Origin: Chloropicon primus
Taxonomy: Eukaryota
DNA: 64,000 nucleotides
Reading direction: 5' to 3'
Assembly (NCBI GenBank): GCA_023205875.1
Contig: CP060754.1
Coordinates: 744,001 to 808,000 of the forward strand
Positions 10,172 through 22,460 of the stretch are shown piece by piece. Under the pieces are notes generated by a model that saw nothing but the letters and a program-made list of their open reading frames with translations, made no database searches and was not told the origin of the DNA. Position numbers and translations under genes: made by a program. Numbering within the stretch: position 1 is the first letter of the stretch; the number at the start of each line of letters is the position of its first letter.

Positions 10172-11647
10172 TCAAAGCAGCGTCATGGTGTCGTTGCCGA
10201 AGTCCGGCATGCCGTGGAACTCCGACCTGTCCCCGCTGCCCGACATTTTGTACTCTATCGTCCTGGCAAAGATTTCTGTGAGAAGGGCCTTGGCCGAAGT
10301 TTTGGAGGTGACCTGCTTGCCTCCCTGGGTCTCCCTGATTCCCAGGATTCTGGCACTCTCGATGATGAAGCAGGCGACGTCCTCCTCGCTGCCGTCGCCG
10401 CACTTGTGAGCCAGCTGAGCCAGGCAGCTCTGGGGGCTCGCGAAGGTCTCATCGAGGTCAAAGAGCTCGAGGGCCGGCGGCGGAGGCTCCCTGAAGGTCG
10501 GCGGGAAGACCGCCGGTTGGAGGGAGGGCAGGGGCACCTCGAACTTGGGTGGAATCAGCGTCAGGGGTCCCGTCTTCGTGTTCAGCTTCTTGAAAAGCGC
10601 CGTGGCCTCGGCGATGACGTTCTCCTTGTCGCAAAAGACCTCCTCCTCGAAGAGCTGCTTGAAATCCCTCGGCAACTCCTCTCCAATGTCCTGCAGGCAC
10701 GACTTTGGCCTCTCGGAGAGGCTCCCGATGTCCGGAATGTGCTGGTAGTCGTTCAGGTCCGGCTCGTCCGCGTCGATGTGGTTCAGCTGTATCTCCGAGT
10801 CGTTCCTCAGGTAGCTGAAGATGAAGTCCATCAGCTGAGCGTTGTTCTCCTTGTCTATCCACTTGTCGTCGAACATCTGGACAGACCCCGTCACGGCCAC
10901 CTTGCCGCCCCCCGGCTGGGACCAAACTGCCGCAACCGGCCTGTTCATGGGATAGGCGATCTTTCCGCTCGACAGGAGCGCGACCGCCGGCTTCTGGATG
11001 GACAGCGTCGATCCGTGCGGGTAAACGATCTCGAGCTTGTTGAAGGACTCGTCGAAATTCCTCATGGTGTCCCCGTACGCAAAGGAGTCCGGGCTGAAGG
11101 TCACCGGCTGAGAGCTCCGGAAAATCGCCTCGTGAATCTCCCGATTCAGGACCCCGTCCGTGATGAGAACCTCCTTGGGGTGCATGTAGCGGTGGTGGAC
11201 GGTCCTGACGACAGCGTCCGAGTTGACCACGATGCCGAACTCCTCCAAGATGTAGTTTATGTTCGTCTGGCTGACCTTGTTGCCCTTCTCGGCCATGCAG
11301 ATGAATAGTGAGCCCCCGTTCAGAATGAACTTTCGGATCGCCTCGCACTCCGCTTTGGAGAACTTCTCCGTGGGGCACCCCAGAACCAGGATGGACACCC
11401 CCGTGAGGACGGCAGAGCTTATGCTCTCCTCCTTGGACGACAGCTTCTCAGGCTTGTAGTGAGAGCGGAGGCGCCTGTACAGCTGCTTGAAGCCCGAGTG
11501 GGGCGTGTGCGTCTCCCCCTTGCAGTTCCCGAAGAGCACCCTGCAGGGCGTCTGCTCCATGTGAAAGCTCTCCATGTCCACGTCCCTGGGGTTGTCCAAG
11601 AACTCCTCATCCAGGTCCCCCCTCTTCATACTGTTCATGTCGAGCAT
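10172..11647 (-). CDS. IFT52: Intraflagellar transport protein 52
   Basis: GIFT-type N-terminal domain (FKQLYRRLR, YMHPKEVLITDGVLN) and the signature FEVPLPSLQPAVFPPTFREPPPPALELFDLDETF. Confidence 0.93.
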   Translation of the reverse strand: MLDMNSMKRGDLDEEFLDNPRDVDMESFHMEQTPCRVLFGNCKGETHTPHSGFKQLYRRLRSHYKPEKLSSKEESISSAVLTGVSILVLGCPTEKFSKAECEAIRKFILNGGSLFICMAEKGNKVSQTNINYILEEFGIVVNSDAVVRTVHHRYMHPKEVLITDGVLNREIHEAIFRSSQPVTFSPDSFAYGDTMRNFDESFNKLEIVYPHGSTLSIQKPAVALLSSGKIAYPMNRPVAAVWSQPGGGKVAVTGSVQMFDDKWIDKENNAQLMDFIFSYLRNDSEIQLNHIDADEPDLNDYQHIPDIGSLSERPKSCLQDIGEELPRDFKQLFEEEVFCDKENVIAEATALFKKLNTKTGPLTLIPPKFEVPLPSLQPAVFPPTFREPPPPALELFDLDETFASPQSCLAQLAHKCGDGSEEDVACFIIESARILGIRETQGGKQVTSKTSAKALLTEIFARTIEYKMSGSGDRSEFHGMPDFGNDTMTLL

Positions 11648-12050
11648 GGTGGCTCTCCTCTTTCTCCGTGGGCCAGTCGGCCAAGATTTCTTCCCGTCTC
11701 GGCGACGAAACTGTCGAAAGAATTCAAGCCGCGCCGAGCCCTTCTCCCGTTAAGAACCCCCCCTCTTTCCGTGGCGTGCCGTGGTCTCTCTGCCTCTGCC
11801 TCTCCTCCCTTGTTCGAAATCTTTGGCCAAGGTGCTCTCTTCCGCGAACCAACCCCCCCCCCCGGTCTCGAAAAGCCAAGGTCTCCTCGTCCAGTTCCAA
11901 GGTTCACACGCAAAGGGAGGACCTTTCAGACCCTCATCCCGACCCCAAACAAACCGCCCGAACCTTTCCCCTCGTCGTCCCTTCCCTCCCTTCTATCCTT
12001 TTTTTTCAAAACAATCTTGCGCGCCTTGTCCTTGGAGAGTAAACCTAAAC

Positions 12051-15032
12051 ATGAACCTGACGACCTTCGTTCGACGTTCGTTGTTCAAAAGGGTGTTACA
12101 GCCGGCGACGAGGAGGGTGACGAGCTCGAGGGACGGAAGCAGAACGACCCTGAGCCAGAGAAGGACTTGCGTAGCAAGCAGAAAGGTTGCGGGGAATAAT
12201 CTACAAGAGAGGAAACTGACCACGATGTGCGTCGGGACTGTGGCGGAGGGAAATGTGGCCAAGGGGGAGGAGCCGGCCACTCCAGCGGCCATCTACCTCA
12301 AGGACTACCAGGAGTACCCTTACTCGATCGCGGATCTCACCATGACTTTCGACCTCGGCGAGGAGAAGACCACGGTCCACTCGGTAAGTTTTGTGATCTG
12401 ACCAGCAGCAGTGGATCTCTCTCCAACCGGGCTGACTCCCCTCTCCTCCTCTCTTCCTTCCTGTCGTCCCTGGACGACCCCGCAGGTATGCAGGATGTCC
12501 AGCAAGAGCGGATCGTCGGTCCCCATGATGCTGAACGGGGACGCAAGCCTCGAGCTCAAGGGCCTGTACGTCGACGGGAAGCCGCTCGTGGAGGGCGTGG
12601 ACTACGACTTGAGTGAGAAGGAGCTCCTGATCAAGTCCCCTCCCTCGGGCGACTTCGTCCTGGGCTGCATCACTGACATCGAGCCCCAGAACAACACCTC
12701 CCTGAATGGCTTGTACAAGTCGGATGGCAACTTTTGCTCGCAGTGCGAGGCGGAGGGTTTCAGGTGCATCACCTACTACCCGGACAGGCCCGACGTGATG
12801 ACCAAGTTCACTGTGAAGATTGTGGGCGACAAGGAGAAGTACCCCGTGCTTCTGTCCAACGGCAACCTGGTGGCCGAGGGCGATCTCGAGGGAGGAAAGC
12901 ACTACGCTGTTTGGGTGGACCCTTGGAAGAAGCCAGCCTACCTCTTTGCCCTCGTTGCGGGTCAGTATGTTGCCTTGGAGGACAAGTTCACGACCAAGAG
13001 CGGCAGGGTGGTGGACTTGAGGATCTACACGGCGGCCCACAACTCGCACAAGACCCAGCACGCCATGGATAGCCTCAAGCATGCCATGAAGTGGGACGAG
13101 GACAGGTTCAGGCTCGAGTACGACCTCGATCTTTTCAACATCGTTGCCGCAGATGACTTCAACATGGGAGCGATGGAGAACAAGTCCTTGAACGTCTTCA
13201 ACTCGAGGCTCGTTCTCGCGAGCCCTGAGACTGCGACTGACTTTGACTACAACAGGATCGAGGGAGTGATTGGCCACGAGTACTTCCACAACTGGACCGG
13301 AAACAGGGTGACCTGCCGCGATTGGTTCCAGCTCTCGCTCAAGGAGGGCCTCACCGTGTTCAGAGACCAGGAGTTCTCCTCGTTCATGAACTCTGCGCCC
13401 GTCAAGCGCATCGACGATGTCATGATTGTCAGATCCAGGCAGTTTGCAGAGGATGCCGGCCCCATGGCCCACCCCGTCAGGCCTGCGTCGTACATGAAGA
13501 TTGACAACTTCTACACCCTTACCGTCTACGACAAGGGTGCGGAGGTCATCAGGATGTACCACACGCTGCTTGGAGAGGAGGGTTTCCAAAAGGGAATCGA
13601 TCTGTACTTTGAGAGGCACGATGGTCAGGCCGTGACTACCGATGACTTTTACAAGGCTATGGAGGACGCTAACAACACCTCGCTCGGAAGTTTCAAGCTC
13701 TGGTACTCCCAGGCAGGTACTCCAACTTTGAAGGTGACCACGGAGTACAACGAGGGCGACAAGACTTTCACTTTGAACTGCTCGCAGGAGCTCCCTGTCA
13801 CCCCAGACATGACGCAGGAGAAGAAGCCGCAACTTATCCCAATCAAGATCGGTCTTGTTAGCCCTGATGGCAAGGACCTGGTTCTTACCTCCGTCCAGGA
13901 CAGCACCGGAAGCGAGACCAGCATTGGCAACGCCACAACCTACGTCTTGAAGATGACAGAGATGAGCCAGAGCTTCACCTTCAAGAACGTTCCGGTCAAG
14001 CCAACCCCTAGTGTGCTGAGAAACTTTTCTGCCCCCGTGAAGCTGGAGATGGAGCAGAGTAGCGAGGAGTTGAAGTTCCTCCTCTCCAACGACTCGGATG
14101 AGTTCAACAAGTGGGAAGCCGGTCAGAGGCTGATCACCAACCTCATCTTCGATCTTCTGAAGTCCCACCAGAGTGGACAGGAGTTGCAGATGGATAACAG
14201 TGTCACCGAGGCTTTCGGCCAGGTTCTCACTGATGACTCCCTTGACAAGGAGTTCAGGGCCTACGCCATGGAGTTGCCATCGACGGAAGAGCTCGCGGAC
14301 AAGATCCCAAAGGCCAACCCTGTTGACATCCACAAGGTGCGCAACTTTGTTCTCAAGAGCCTGGCAGCCGGATTGAAGGACAAGTTCCTGCAGATCTACA
14401 ACGCCAACAACGTCAAGGGGGCTTACAAGCCGGACAGAGAGGGCAAGTCCAGAAGGTCCATCAGGAACTGTGCTCTTTCCTACCTTGGAAAGCTTGCTGA
14501 CTCTGACGCCGAGATCAAGGCCTTGCTGAACACCTCTTTCAAGGAGGCTTCCAACATGACTGACCAGATGGCAGCCCTCGGTGCCATCTGTGGAAACGCG
14601 GGCGAGGACAGGGAGAACGCCCTCAAGTCCTTCTACACACAGTGGTCGAACGAGCCCCTCGTGATGCTCAAGTGGTTGGGTCTTCAGGCGGGCAGCAACA
14701 TTGAGGGCAACCTCAAGGTCATGAAGGAGCTCCTGGAGCACCCTGCGTTTGACATCAAGAACCCGAACAAGGTGTACTCCCTCGTCGGTGGGTTCACGAG
14801 GAGCGCTGTGAACTTCCATGCCGCCGATGGAAGCGGTTACGAATTTTTGGCTGATCTCGTGATTAAGCTCGACAAGCTTAATCCTCAGGTTGCTGCGAGG
14901 ATGGTCGGCCCATTCACAAAGTACAAGAAGTACGATGACGCCAGGCAGGCTCTGATGAAGGCGCAGCTCGAGAGAATTCTGGCCACCAAGCCTTGTGAGA
15001 ACGTCTACGAAATTGTGTTCAAGAGTTTGTAA
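12051..15032 (+). CDS. pepN: M1 aminopeptidase N with transit-like N-terminus; exons 12051-12383 and 12486-15032
   Basis: GAMENK, HEYFHNWTGNRVTCRDW, YDKGAEV and NPQVAARM; phase-0 GT-AG intron 12384-12485. Confidence 0.95.
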
Positions 15033-15168
15033 TCAACCGAAAGAACCTTTATTCTAAGCTCCTGCTTTTGCTCTTCCTTTAGCGACATTCAGAATGAGCA
15101 GTGAAGCGACAACAACAACAACAATCAATCAATCAAGAAAACATTATTACAAGTCTAAGCAACAAAAA

Positions 15169-15424
15169 CATGCACTCCTTACCTCCGCACAGCTTGGCCG
15201 CCGGTGCGGATCGTCGTCCCAGCACCTCCGTATCATATCAGGGGAAGCCAACTCCTTCGGGCAATCGCGGTATGGTCTCTTATCTCGCGCGAGAGGACAC
15301 TTCTGGGACCAAGGCGCCCATGGGCATGGACGGAGAGTCTGTGCACAGCTTCTTGACGGGCTCCACCACCATCATTGAAGAAGAGAGTGACAGTTTCCGA
15401 AAGTGGCGGATTTTGCCTTCATGA
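15169..15424 (+). CDS. Possible small orphan ORF (~84 aa)
   Basis: GC-richer open frame between two convergent 3' ends; an overlapping alternative frame (15094-15378) is also open; no recognisable motif. Confidence 0.25.
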
Positions 15425-15513
15425 ATCATGCTCGATATATTATAACGCTTGGTTTGAGTGTGAAAGAATGTAGGTCAGGGGAAAGAATGGTTTTGTTCGC
15501 GTCCTCTCGTGCT

Positions 15514-16309
15514 TCACTGCCCCCCCTCTGACAAAGCAGCGCTCCTCCCACTTTCGAACTGGTCCTTGGTGGACTCGGCGGAACTTGATGCGGCGGCTTT
15601 CGGGGCCTCCTCCTCGCACCGGCCGCAAGATCGGTCGCAGTAGCCTCTCATAAAGTACTCGCCGCACTTCCCCCACCCCGCCTGCTGGACGCACGTGAAG
15701 TCCGAGTAAGGCGGCGGGGCATCCTTGCAGTCCCCGTCGTCGGCGAAAGCTCTTGCGTGCGGCTCGCTCGGACACGCGTCGCTCCCGGACAGGGGGACGG
15801 TGCCGCACTGCGCGATCCTGTCCATGACCAAATCCCTGCGATCCGAGAGGAGAAGAAAGGAGAGTCGCATCGCCGCGTCAGTCGTCGGGGACCGTAGGAA
15901 GAACTCGTCCGCCTGCAGAGAAACTTACACCGCGAACGCTGGGATCGAATCGCTAATCGCCCGAGACACGATATCGTCGCTGCACGTGCAGTTTGCGAAA
16001 GGTGTCTCCAAGCCCATGTACGCAGCAATCTGAACCAGTTGCCGCGTCGTCAGAGCGCCGAAGACGGGAGCGAAGAACGGAGTGTGTCAGGTTGCCAGCC
16101 GCCTGGCGAGAACAAGAAACGGAGCGCGAACTCACCGCTTCGCAGCACTGATCGGATGCCCTGCTGACGCACGCGATGACATCGTCGTCCATGGCGAACT
16201 CGTCCCCCTCGAACGCTTTCAGGCAAGCCTCGCGATCGGGGACCGCTAGGACGGTGGAGACCAAGGCCACGAGGGCCACCCAAGCAAAGCACGTCGTCCT
16301 CCGCTCCAT
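15514..16309 (-). CDS. Secreted 198-aa protein: eight-cysteine (LTP/prolamin-like) domain plus ShK-like six-Cys module; exons 16309-16136, 16029-15929, 15835-15514
   Basis: Signal-peptide-like start; two phase-consistent GT-AG introns; C-X17-C-X7-CC-X15-CXC-X27-C-X10-C followed by CKDAPPPYSDFTCVQQAGWGKCGEYFMRGYCDRSCGRC. Confidence 0.8.
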
Positions 16310-16336
16310 CCCCACTACTACAGAGTACGACCACCC

Positions 16337-16339
<3 letters not shown>

Positions 16340-16373
<34 letters not shown>
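16340..16373. repeat. (CT)n microsatellite upstream of the secreted Cys-rich gene
   Basis: Directly visible. Similar GA/CA tracts lie near 23127, 33142-33206, 35470-35505, 37386-37410 and 40165-40195, mostly in UTR-like positions. Confidence 0.9.
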
Positions 16374-16377
<4 letters not shown>

Positions 16378-16806
16378 CGTCGGTCGCTTCACTCGCAGTC
16401 GTCTCCTTGCACGAGAGTGAAGCGAGTACCCTCGGTCGTCCTCGCGGTGGTGGTGGTCGTCGCTCGTCTCACTCGCTCCTCGCGTCGGTCGTCGCGTCGG
16501 CGGCAAAACAAACGTTTGAAAGCGCCTGAACCCGGATCTCAAATTTTGAAATGACCGATGATGGCGGGCTCTCAACGGGGGGGAAAAAATCACTGGGTGC
16601 ATCAAGCGATCGACGTTGAAGTACCTCTCAGCACAATGCACAATGTGCTTCGACTCCCCTTTCGGAGCCTTCCTCAGAAGCCGGGGGACCAACCCAAAGC
16701 GCGCCCTTTCCTTCTATTTTATTTTATGGGGCTCAAAAAAGCTCAACTTTTAAGTTAATTTACGATGGAGAGGCCAGCTGGCCGCGTCTTGTTCCCGCGC
16801 GCCCGC

Positions 16807-18171
16807 TCAGATCTTGGTCTTGTTCTTGAGGTCCTCGATGACGGCCTCGGGGAGGCGGGTTCCCGTGTTCCTGATGCTGGAGATGACTTGCTCGCACCAG
16901 CCAAAGTAAACCTGGGGTGAGCACGAAGACGCGCGGCGCGTTGTCAGAACGTCGGGCAAAACGGAAGGGAGGAAGGGTCGCGGGTTCGAGCGCAAATCGA
17001 GTCGAGCGACGCGCCTCGATGTGCCGTCCTACCTGCTGGAGCGAGTTTCGCATGCTCCCCTCGAGCTCCTCCACGATCATTCCTATGTTTGGTATGTGGC
17101 CCTGCTTCACGGGGAGCGACCTGTCCAGCTGCCTCGTGAGATTGCCCTCGAGCTTGAAGAGGTCCTTCTTGGTCGCGGACAGCATCACCGTGGACGTCAG
17201 CTTGTACTCCGCCTTGTCCTTGCCCTCGGGGGCAGCTTCCACGACGTGGACCGCGTCCCACACGCCTTTCTCCATACCAGCCTTGCTGATCTTCCCGCAG
17301 TCTGAAGCAGCGAGAAAGGGAGATGGGGGTTGATCGGTTCGCATCTGCCGTCAGTGCAAGGCCAAGGATCGCTCTTCGGCGGGGGTGGTCATCACACTTA
17401 CCTTTCTTGAAGAGAAGCGAGCCGGCGAAGCTCCCCTCGTCCTCGTCCTCCTGGTCCCAAAGGTAGAAGGAAGAGATCCCGCCGTCGTAGTACCTGAGTC
17501 CGCGGTGATCGAGAGGCGCGAGAACGGTTGCTGACCGGTCAGATCGAACGAAAGACGTGGGCCAAACACCGAGAGAGGTCGCGGTCGTTCCGCTAAACTT
17601 ACTGTCCACAATACTGCTGGAAAACCTCGTTTCCCTCCACTTCTACTTTTCTCAGCTTCTCGCTCGGCTTCACGCCGTCGTCCATCTTTGGCTCGTACTC
17701 GTTGCTCCAAGGAGACCTGTCCCACGGAAACAGAGGTCGCAAAGTCAGTGGTGCGCTTCTCCTCAGTGCGAGCTGGCCTCGCGCCCTCGTTGTCGTGCAC
17801 GTGTTTGTTTGCTCTTACCGATACGAGTCACCATCGCGATTGTAGTCACACAGAAGGTACTGCTTGGCGTTCTTCTTGTCCTTGGCGACCTGCAGGGGCT
17901 GGTCGACGTTCTCGAGAAGGTCCTCCGCGATCTCCGGGACCAGCTCGAGGAGGCACTGGGGCAACAAACGAAAGAGCAGGGCCAAGTCAGGGGTCCGGGG
18001 GTCCCAGGGTGGGGATCTAGAAGAAGAAGAAGAAGGAGGAGGAAAAAGAGCAGCAAGGGCGAATCGGAGCGGAAAAGCAAGTACCTCAAGGTAAGTGTAG
18101 GTGCGGCTGGGCGGCAGACGCTTCAGCAAGTCCAAGGCCGCCGCGAGCTTCTGTTCGTCCGAGGCCGTCAT
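16807..18171 (-). CDS. CAPZB: F-actin capping protein beta subunit (6 exons)
   Basis: [77 protein letters not shown]; five GT-AG introns join in frame. Confidence 0.93.
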
Positions 18172-18241
18172 GATGCTCGACAAAACTAAAGGTGGTCTTC
18201 CTAATAATAAACAACAAACAAAAAAACGAAGGAAATTTCTA

Positions 18242-21200
18242 TTACTCCACTTCCAGCTTGAACCTGGGCACAAACTCCTTTGCATTTGGGTTCATCTTGG
18301 GATGGAAGAGCCTGGCATGAGGATTCAACACCTCTTCCTTCCTCTCTTCCTCCTTCTTGTCCTTTTGCACAACTGGCTTTTTCTTGACCTCTCTGACTTG
18401 TCTGACGACTTCCCTGGCCTCCTGCAGCTTGTTACTGTCCCTCGAGCTCGACCTCCTTTCTCTCTTCGAGAGGACGGGCATCCATCCGCCTTCGTCGGCC
18501 TCGACCCTGACCTCGACCTTTGCCACAGGTCCCTTTGGCTCCTCGACCTTCTTCTTCAGGTCCTTCCTCCGCTGCTGCACAACCAGCACATCCACCTCAT
18601 CGACTTCCTCCCCTGAGCTGTTGGTGCAGCTTCCGCTGCTGCTGCCGCTTCGCTGCTCCTTGAGCACCGAGTCCGGGGTCTTGCTCCTCTTCTTCTCCCT
18701 CTTCGTCTTGGATTTCCTCTTGGCCTCCCTCTTTCCTCCCACGGACTTAGTCTTGGCTTCTTCCGCCTCCTCCCCGATGAAATCCATGAGCTCCTTGACG
18801 CTCATGTGCCCCTTGCTGGCAATATTGCACTCCGTGGCCCCCTCGCCCTCCTGGGCCTTGAGGTCAAAGTATTCCAGCCAAGCAATCGCATCTTGAGTGC
18901 GCAGGTCATCTGGCCCGAGCTTGGCGTCAAGGATCTCCAAGCAGGTCTGCTCATGCTGAACCGCGAGTGGATACAGAGGGGGCTCCATGAGGGACAAAGC
19001 AATGGCTATGGCGTGGTACGACGCAGCCGTCTGCACGTGATCCCCACCGAGCAGGCGCTGGTTTATCTTCAACGCTTCCTGCAGGTACCTGAGGCTGAGA
19101 CCGACCCTGCCCTTGCTCTCCTCCATCATCGCGATGTTGATGTAGGTCGCGGCCGTGTTGGGGTGCTGCTCGCCAACGCACAGATGGAGAAGGTAGAGCG
19201 CCCTCTCCACGTAGGCCAAGGCAAGATCGACCTCACCCACCCGGTAATAGAAGACCGCCAAATCACCGTAAGATTTGATGGTGTCCGGGTGATCAAGGCC
19301 AAACTCCCTCTCGTTGATCGCGAGGGCCTTGGCTTGCAGAACGGCGGCCTGGACAAAGTCACCCGTGTGGTACAAAACGACAGCAAGCAAGCTGAACGCG
19401 TTGGCACAGCAAGCGGATTGGGCGCTCCCGCAGACGGCGACAATCTTGCTCAGGGCTGAGGTACTCGCAAGCACCGCATCGTCAAGCTTTCCCTTGTCGA
19501 GGAGTCCCTTGGCCTGCTCCAAGAGGTCCCTGGCGTCAGTGGACTGGAATTGCAGGCACTTGATCACGGGGAAGAAGGAAATGACGTCCGAGGCCTTGAA
19601 GGGGCTCTTAGAAGCGAAATTGTACGTCTTTGCCTTCAGTTCGACACCGCACCTCTTGCAGATGTCCCTCAAAATCGCGAGCTGCAACCCGTCGGCGATG
19701 TTGCCGCTGACCTCGTAGCCAAACCTCGCCTTGGTGAAGCGGCGGATCCAGTCCCAGACGGCCTTCCTGTTGCCAAACAAGTCGTTAAACAGGCTTGCGA
19801 GGGCGGAGGCTTTCGCGACCAGCTCGTTGGGACGGGCCAAGATCGCTCTGACAATCCTTTTCACGGATCTCACTATCATTTCCTGCACGCAGAGATGGTG
19901 GATGTGAATGAGGTTCTTGCTGCTCATCGTCGCCAGCCTCCCCAGAAACCTCATGTTGATTCCCCTCGAGTGTAGGAAGTCCGTGAGAGTCTGGCCGTCG
20001 ATGGGGGAGAGCTCCAGGCTCTCAAAATCGCTCACGATCTTGGCGATCGCGACGTCGGAGTAGAACCTGTTGGCGAGGTCCATCAGCTGCTCAAGAGTGC
20101 AGCGGTGGAGCCCGAGGTTGAGCTTCGCCAGCTGGTTCCACCTGTCCTCCCCTATGGCTTCCCTCAAAGCCTTCTCGCCCTCGTCGGACCCGCACTGGAG
20201 CCTCAGCTTCCTCCTCAGCCCAAGGCTCGCGGCCTTCTCCGTCTCCTTGAGGTGCTGCACCCACGAGAAGACGAGCTCCCAACGCAGCTTTGGTGGCGTG
20301 AGGTCCTCCTCCGGGAACTCCGCCGAGGCGAGCAGCTCCCCGAGCAGGTCCTTGCCCTCCCCGCCGTCCCAGGGCGCCGCGTGGCAGACGTGCTCCCTCA
20401 GTCCGTGGACGTTCAGAGCCCTGATCCCCTCCTTGAGGGCGGGCTCGTCCCCGAGGGGCCACTGGCCGGGGGAGTCCCCCACGTTCCTTGCCGAGGCGAC
20501 CTCGATGACTTCCCCGTTGAAGTGAATGGTCACCTTTGCCAAGGTGTCCACATCCCTCGCGATAGTGTTCTCGTCCGCCAGGAGGCCCTTCAGCAGGGAG
20601 GCTTCCCTCTCCCCCGAGCCCTTCGAGCCGCCGTGGCCCATCTCGCTGCTAAGCTTCCCCTCCTCCGCCCTCCGGTCGATCTCCAGGAACCTCTTGGATC
20701 CCCCCTTCCCCGTGATGGCCGTCACGACGGCCTCGTCCACGAAGTGCGACCACAGCAGGAACAGCCTGTGGTCCCTGGCCACCCTCTCCGCCGGGTTGTT
20801 GCCCCGCATGGCCGCGCTCCTCCGGAACTCCGAGTCCCAGTCCCTCTCCTTGCCGCTGAGGTTGCCGCCCACGTCGCCCATGCAGGCGGGGTCCTCCGAG
20901 GGGAGGATCCTCCTGTCCTCCGCCCTCTCGGCGGAGAGGCACGGGGGCACCACCCACGTGTTGCAGCGAAGGCCCAGCGGGAGGTTTCCGAACTGGTTTC
21001 GGCTCTTGAACGCGGCCATCAGGTCCGCGTACCCCCTCCGGAAGGCCTCGCTCTCCTCCCTCAGGAGGGCCACGATCGTGCCGTGGCGGGCTCCCCCGCC
21101 GCTCCCAGAGGTCCAGCCCCCCTCGGCGCCCCTCACGACGACGGGGTCCCTCTCCCCCCGGAGCCTCACCTCGAGCTCCACGAGCGCCCCGCCGGCCTTG

Positions 21201-21802
21201 GGGGCTCCCGCCACCCTCACCCCCTCGACGGGGCTCGGGACGTCCGAGAAGCTGAAGTACGAGTAGAACTCGTGGAGGAGGGGTTCCTCCCACATTCCCC
21301 CGCTCTTCGCCCCGGCGCTCTTGATCTTGGAGGGCGTCAGGGCGGAGAGGTCCCTCTCCCCCTTCCCCGAGTCCGCGAGCCACGAGTCGGTCGGCTTCTC
21401 CTTCTTCTTGGCGACCGGGCCCACCAGGGTCGCGCAGCTGAACAGGTCCATGAAGCGCTGGGCCTGGGCCATCGCAGCCTCGCGGCCGTCGTACGGCTCC
21501 TCGGCCAGGGCCACCCTGTTGGGCTTCAGGGCCACCACCTCCAAGTCCCGCTTCAGCACGTCCCCCGCCTCGTTGGCCCTCCTCAGCGAGTAGCTGGTCA
21601 GGTGGCACGTCTCAGGGAGCTCCGAGAGGGCGACGCGGACGTCCACCAATGTGTCCGTCGACACGCAGCGGAGGTCCACCCCCTCGCCCCCCGAGAGCGC
21701 CACGTGCACGTCCACCACGTCCGGCACCGTGTTCAGGTACTCCAGCCGGTTCGGCGCCCTCCTGCTGCGCGAGCCCTTATTCTTGATCTTCCCCTTTCCC
21801 AT
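18242..21802 (-). CDS. CLU-family TPR protein (REC/TSS-like)
   Basis: CLU N-terminal segment ([12 protein letters not shown]), [45 protein letters not shown] array with [16 protein letters not shown]. Confidence 0.9.
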   Translation of the reverse strand: MGKGKIKNKGSRSRRAPNRLEYLNTVPDVVDVHVALSGGEGVDLRCVSTDTLVDVRVALSELPETCHLTSYSLRRANEAGDVLKRDLEVVALKPNRVALAEEPYDGREAAMAQAQRFMDLFSCATLVGPVAKKKEKPTDSWLADSGKGERDLSALTPSKIKSAGAKSGGMWEEPLLHEFYSYFSFSDVPSPVEGVRVAGAPKAGGALVELEVRLRGERDPVVVRGAEGGWTSGSGGGARHGTIVALLREESEAFRRGYADLMAAFKSRNQFGNLPLGLRCNTWVVPPCLSAERAEDRRILPSEDPACMGDVGGNLSGKERDWDSEFRRSAAMRGNNPAERVARDHRLFLLWSHFVDEAVVTAITGKGGSKRFLEIDRRAEEGKLSSEMGHGGSKGSGEREASLLKGLLADENTIARDVDTLAKVTIHFNGEVIEVASARNVGDSPGQWPLGDEPALKEGIRALNVHGLREHVCHAAPWDGGEGKDLLGELLASAEFPEEDLTPPKLRWELVFSWVQHLKETEKAASLGLRRKLRLQCGSDEGEKALREAIGEDRWNQLAKLNLGLHRCTLEQLMDLANRFYSDVAIAKIVSDFESLELSPIDGQTLTDFLHSRGINMRFLGRLATMSSKNLIHIHHLCVQEMIVRSVKRIVRAILARPNELVAKASALASLFNDLFGNRKAVWDWIRRFTKARFGYEVSGNIADGLQLAILRDICKRCGVELKAKTYNFASKSPFKASDVISFFPVIKCLQFQSTDARDLLEQAKGLLDKGKLDDAVLASTSALSKIVAVCGSAQSACCANAFSLLAVVLYHTGDFVQAAVLQAKALAINEREFGLDHPDTIKSYGDLAVFYYRVGEVDLALAYVERALYLLHLCVGEQHPNTAATYINIAMMEESKGRVGLSLRYLQEALKINQRLLGGDHVQTAASYHAIAIALSLMEPPLYPLAVQHEQTCLEILDAKLGPDDLRTQDAIAWLEYFDLKAQEGEGATECNIASKGHMSVKELMDFIGEEAEEAKTKSVGGKREAKRKSKTKREKKRSKTPDSVLKEQRSGSSSGSCTNSSGEEVDEVDVLVVQQRRKDLKKKVEEPKGPVAKVEVRVEADEGGWMPVLSKRERRSSSRDSNKLQEAREVVRQVREVKKKPVVQKDKKEEERKEEVLNPHARLFHPKMNPNAKEFVPRFKLEVE

Positions 21803-22460
21803 CGCGCGAGTCTCGATGCCAAGAAAGCCGGGTTACGCGCGCGGATTGCCTCCTTCTCCCGTGGTGTGCTGTGATGCGGATTATTTCTTCCCCCGCCCCT
21901 CGCAAGCGTTCCCCCGACGACGAACGACGATCCCGCGCGCGAATCAAACGCCCTCGCCACCAAAAACCAAGCGCCTCCCAAGATTCAAGAACGCTCCAAG
22001 CACTCTCGACCGCCTCGTCCGTCGTCCCGAGAGCAAAGCGTCGCTCGAGTCTGTCGTCTGTCGCCTCGGAAGCCTTAGCCTCCAGCCACTTGTTCGTCTG
22101 GATCAGATCTATCCTCACCGCCCGTCCCTTTCTATCCCCAAATCGCGTACTAAATCCTCTTTCCCTCGTTCCCAGCCACTGATTGGTGGGGGGCACACGA
22201 ACGTCTCTCGGTGGAGAGACCCAGGCTCGCTCCTCCTCCTCTCTTGGCTCTTGGCACTCTTGGCACAGCTGCTGCACACGGAGCACTCGGTCTGTGTCGT
22301 CGTCGTCTGTGGTCGCGCGAGACACGAGAGGAGGAAAGGTCGGCGTCGCGTTGCGTGGATCCCCGCAGCGATAGAGTCCTGCTTCCGTTCGTGCGTTCGA
22401 CTGATTGTTGCAGACTTGGTTTCTCAACTCAACCCAAAAGAAAACTGCAGGCAGAGAGAG

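Noticed and set aside
12201..14819. 872-aa minus-strand ORF opposite pepN (likewise 37392-39305, 20105-21874, 54374-56152)
   Set aside because: Same shadow-frame effect; the opposite strand carries a clearly conserved protein.
7295..15032. Bacterial-looking proB and pepN as recent horizontal transfer or contamination
   Set aside because: Both types are normal in green algae; pepN has a spliceosomal intron and the codon style matches the neighbours.
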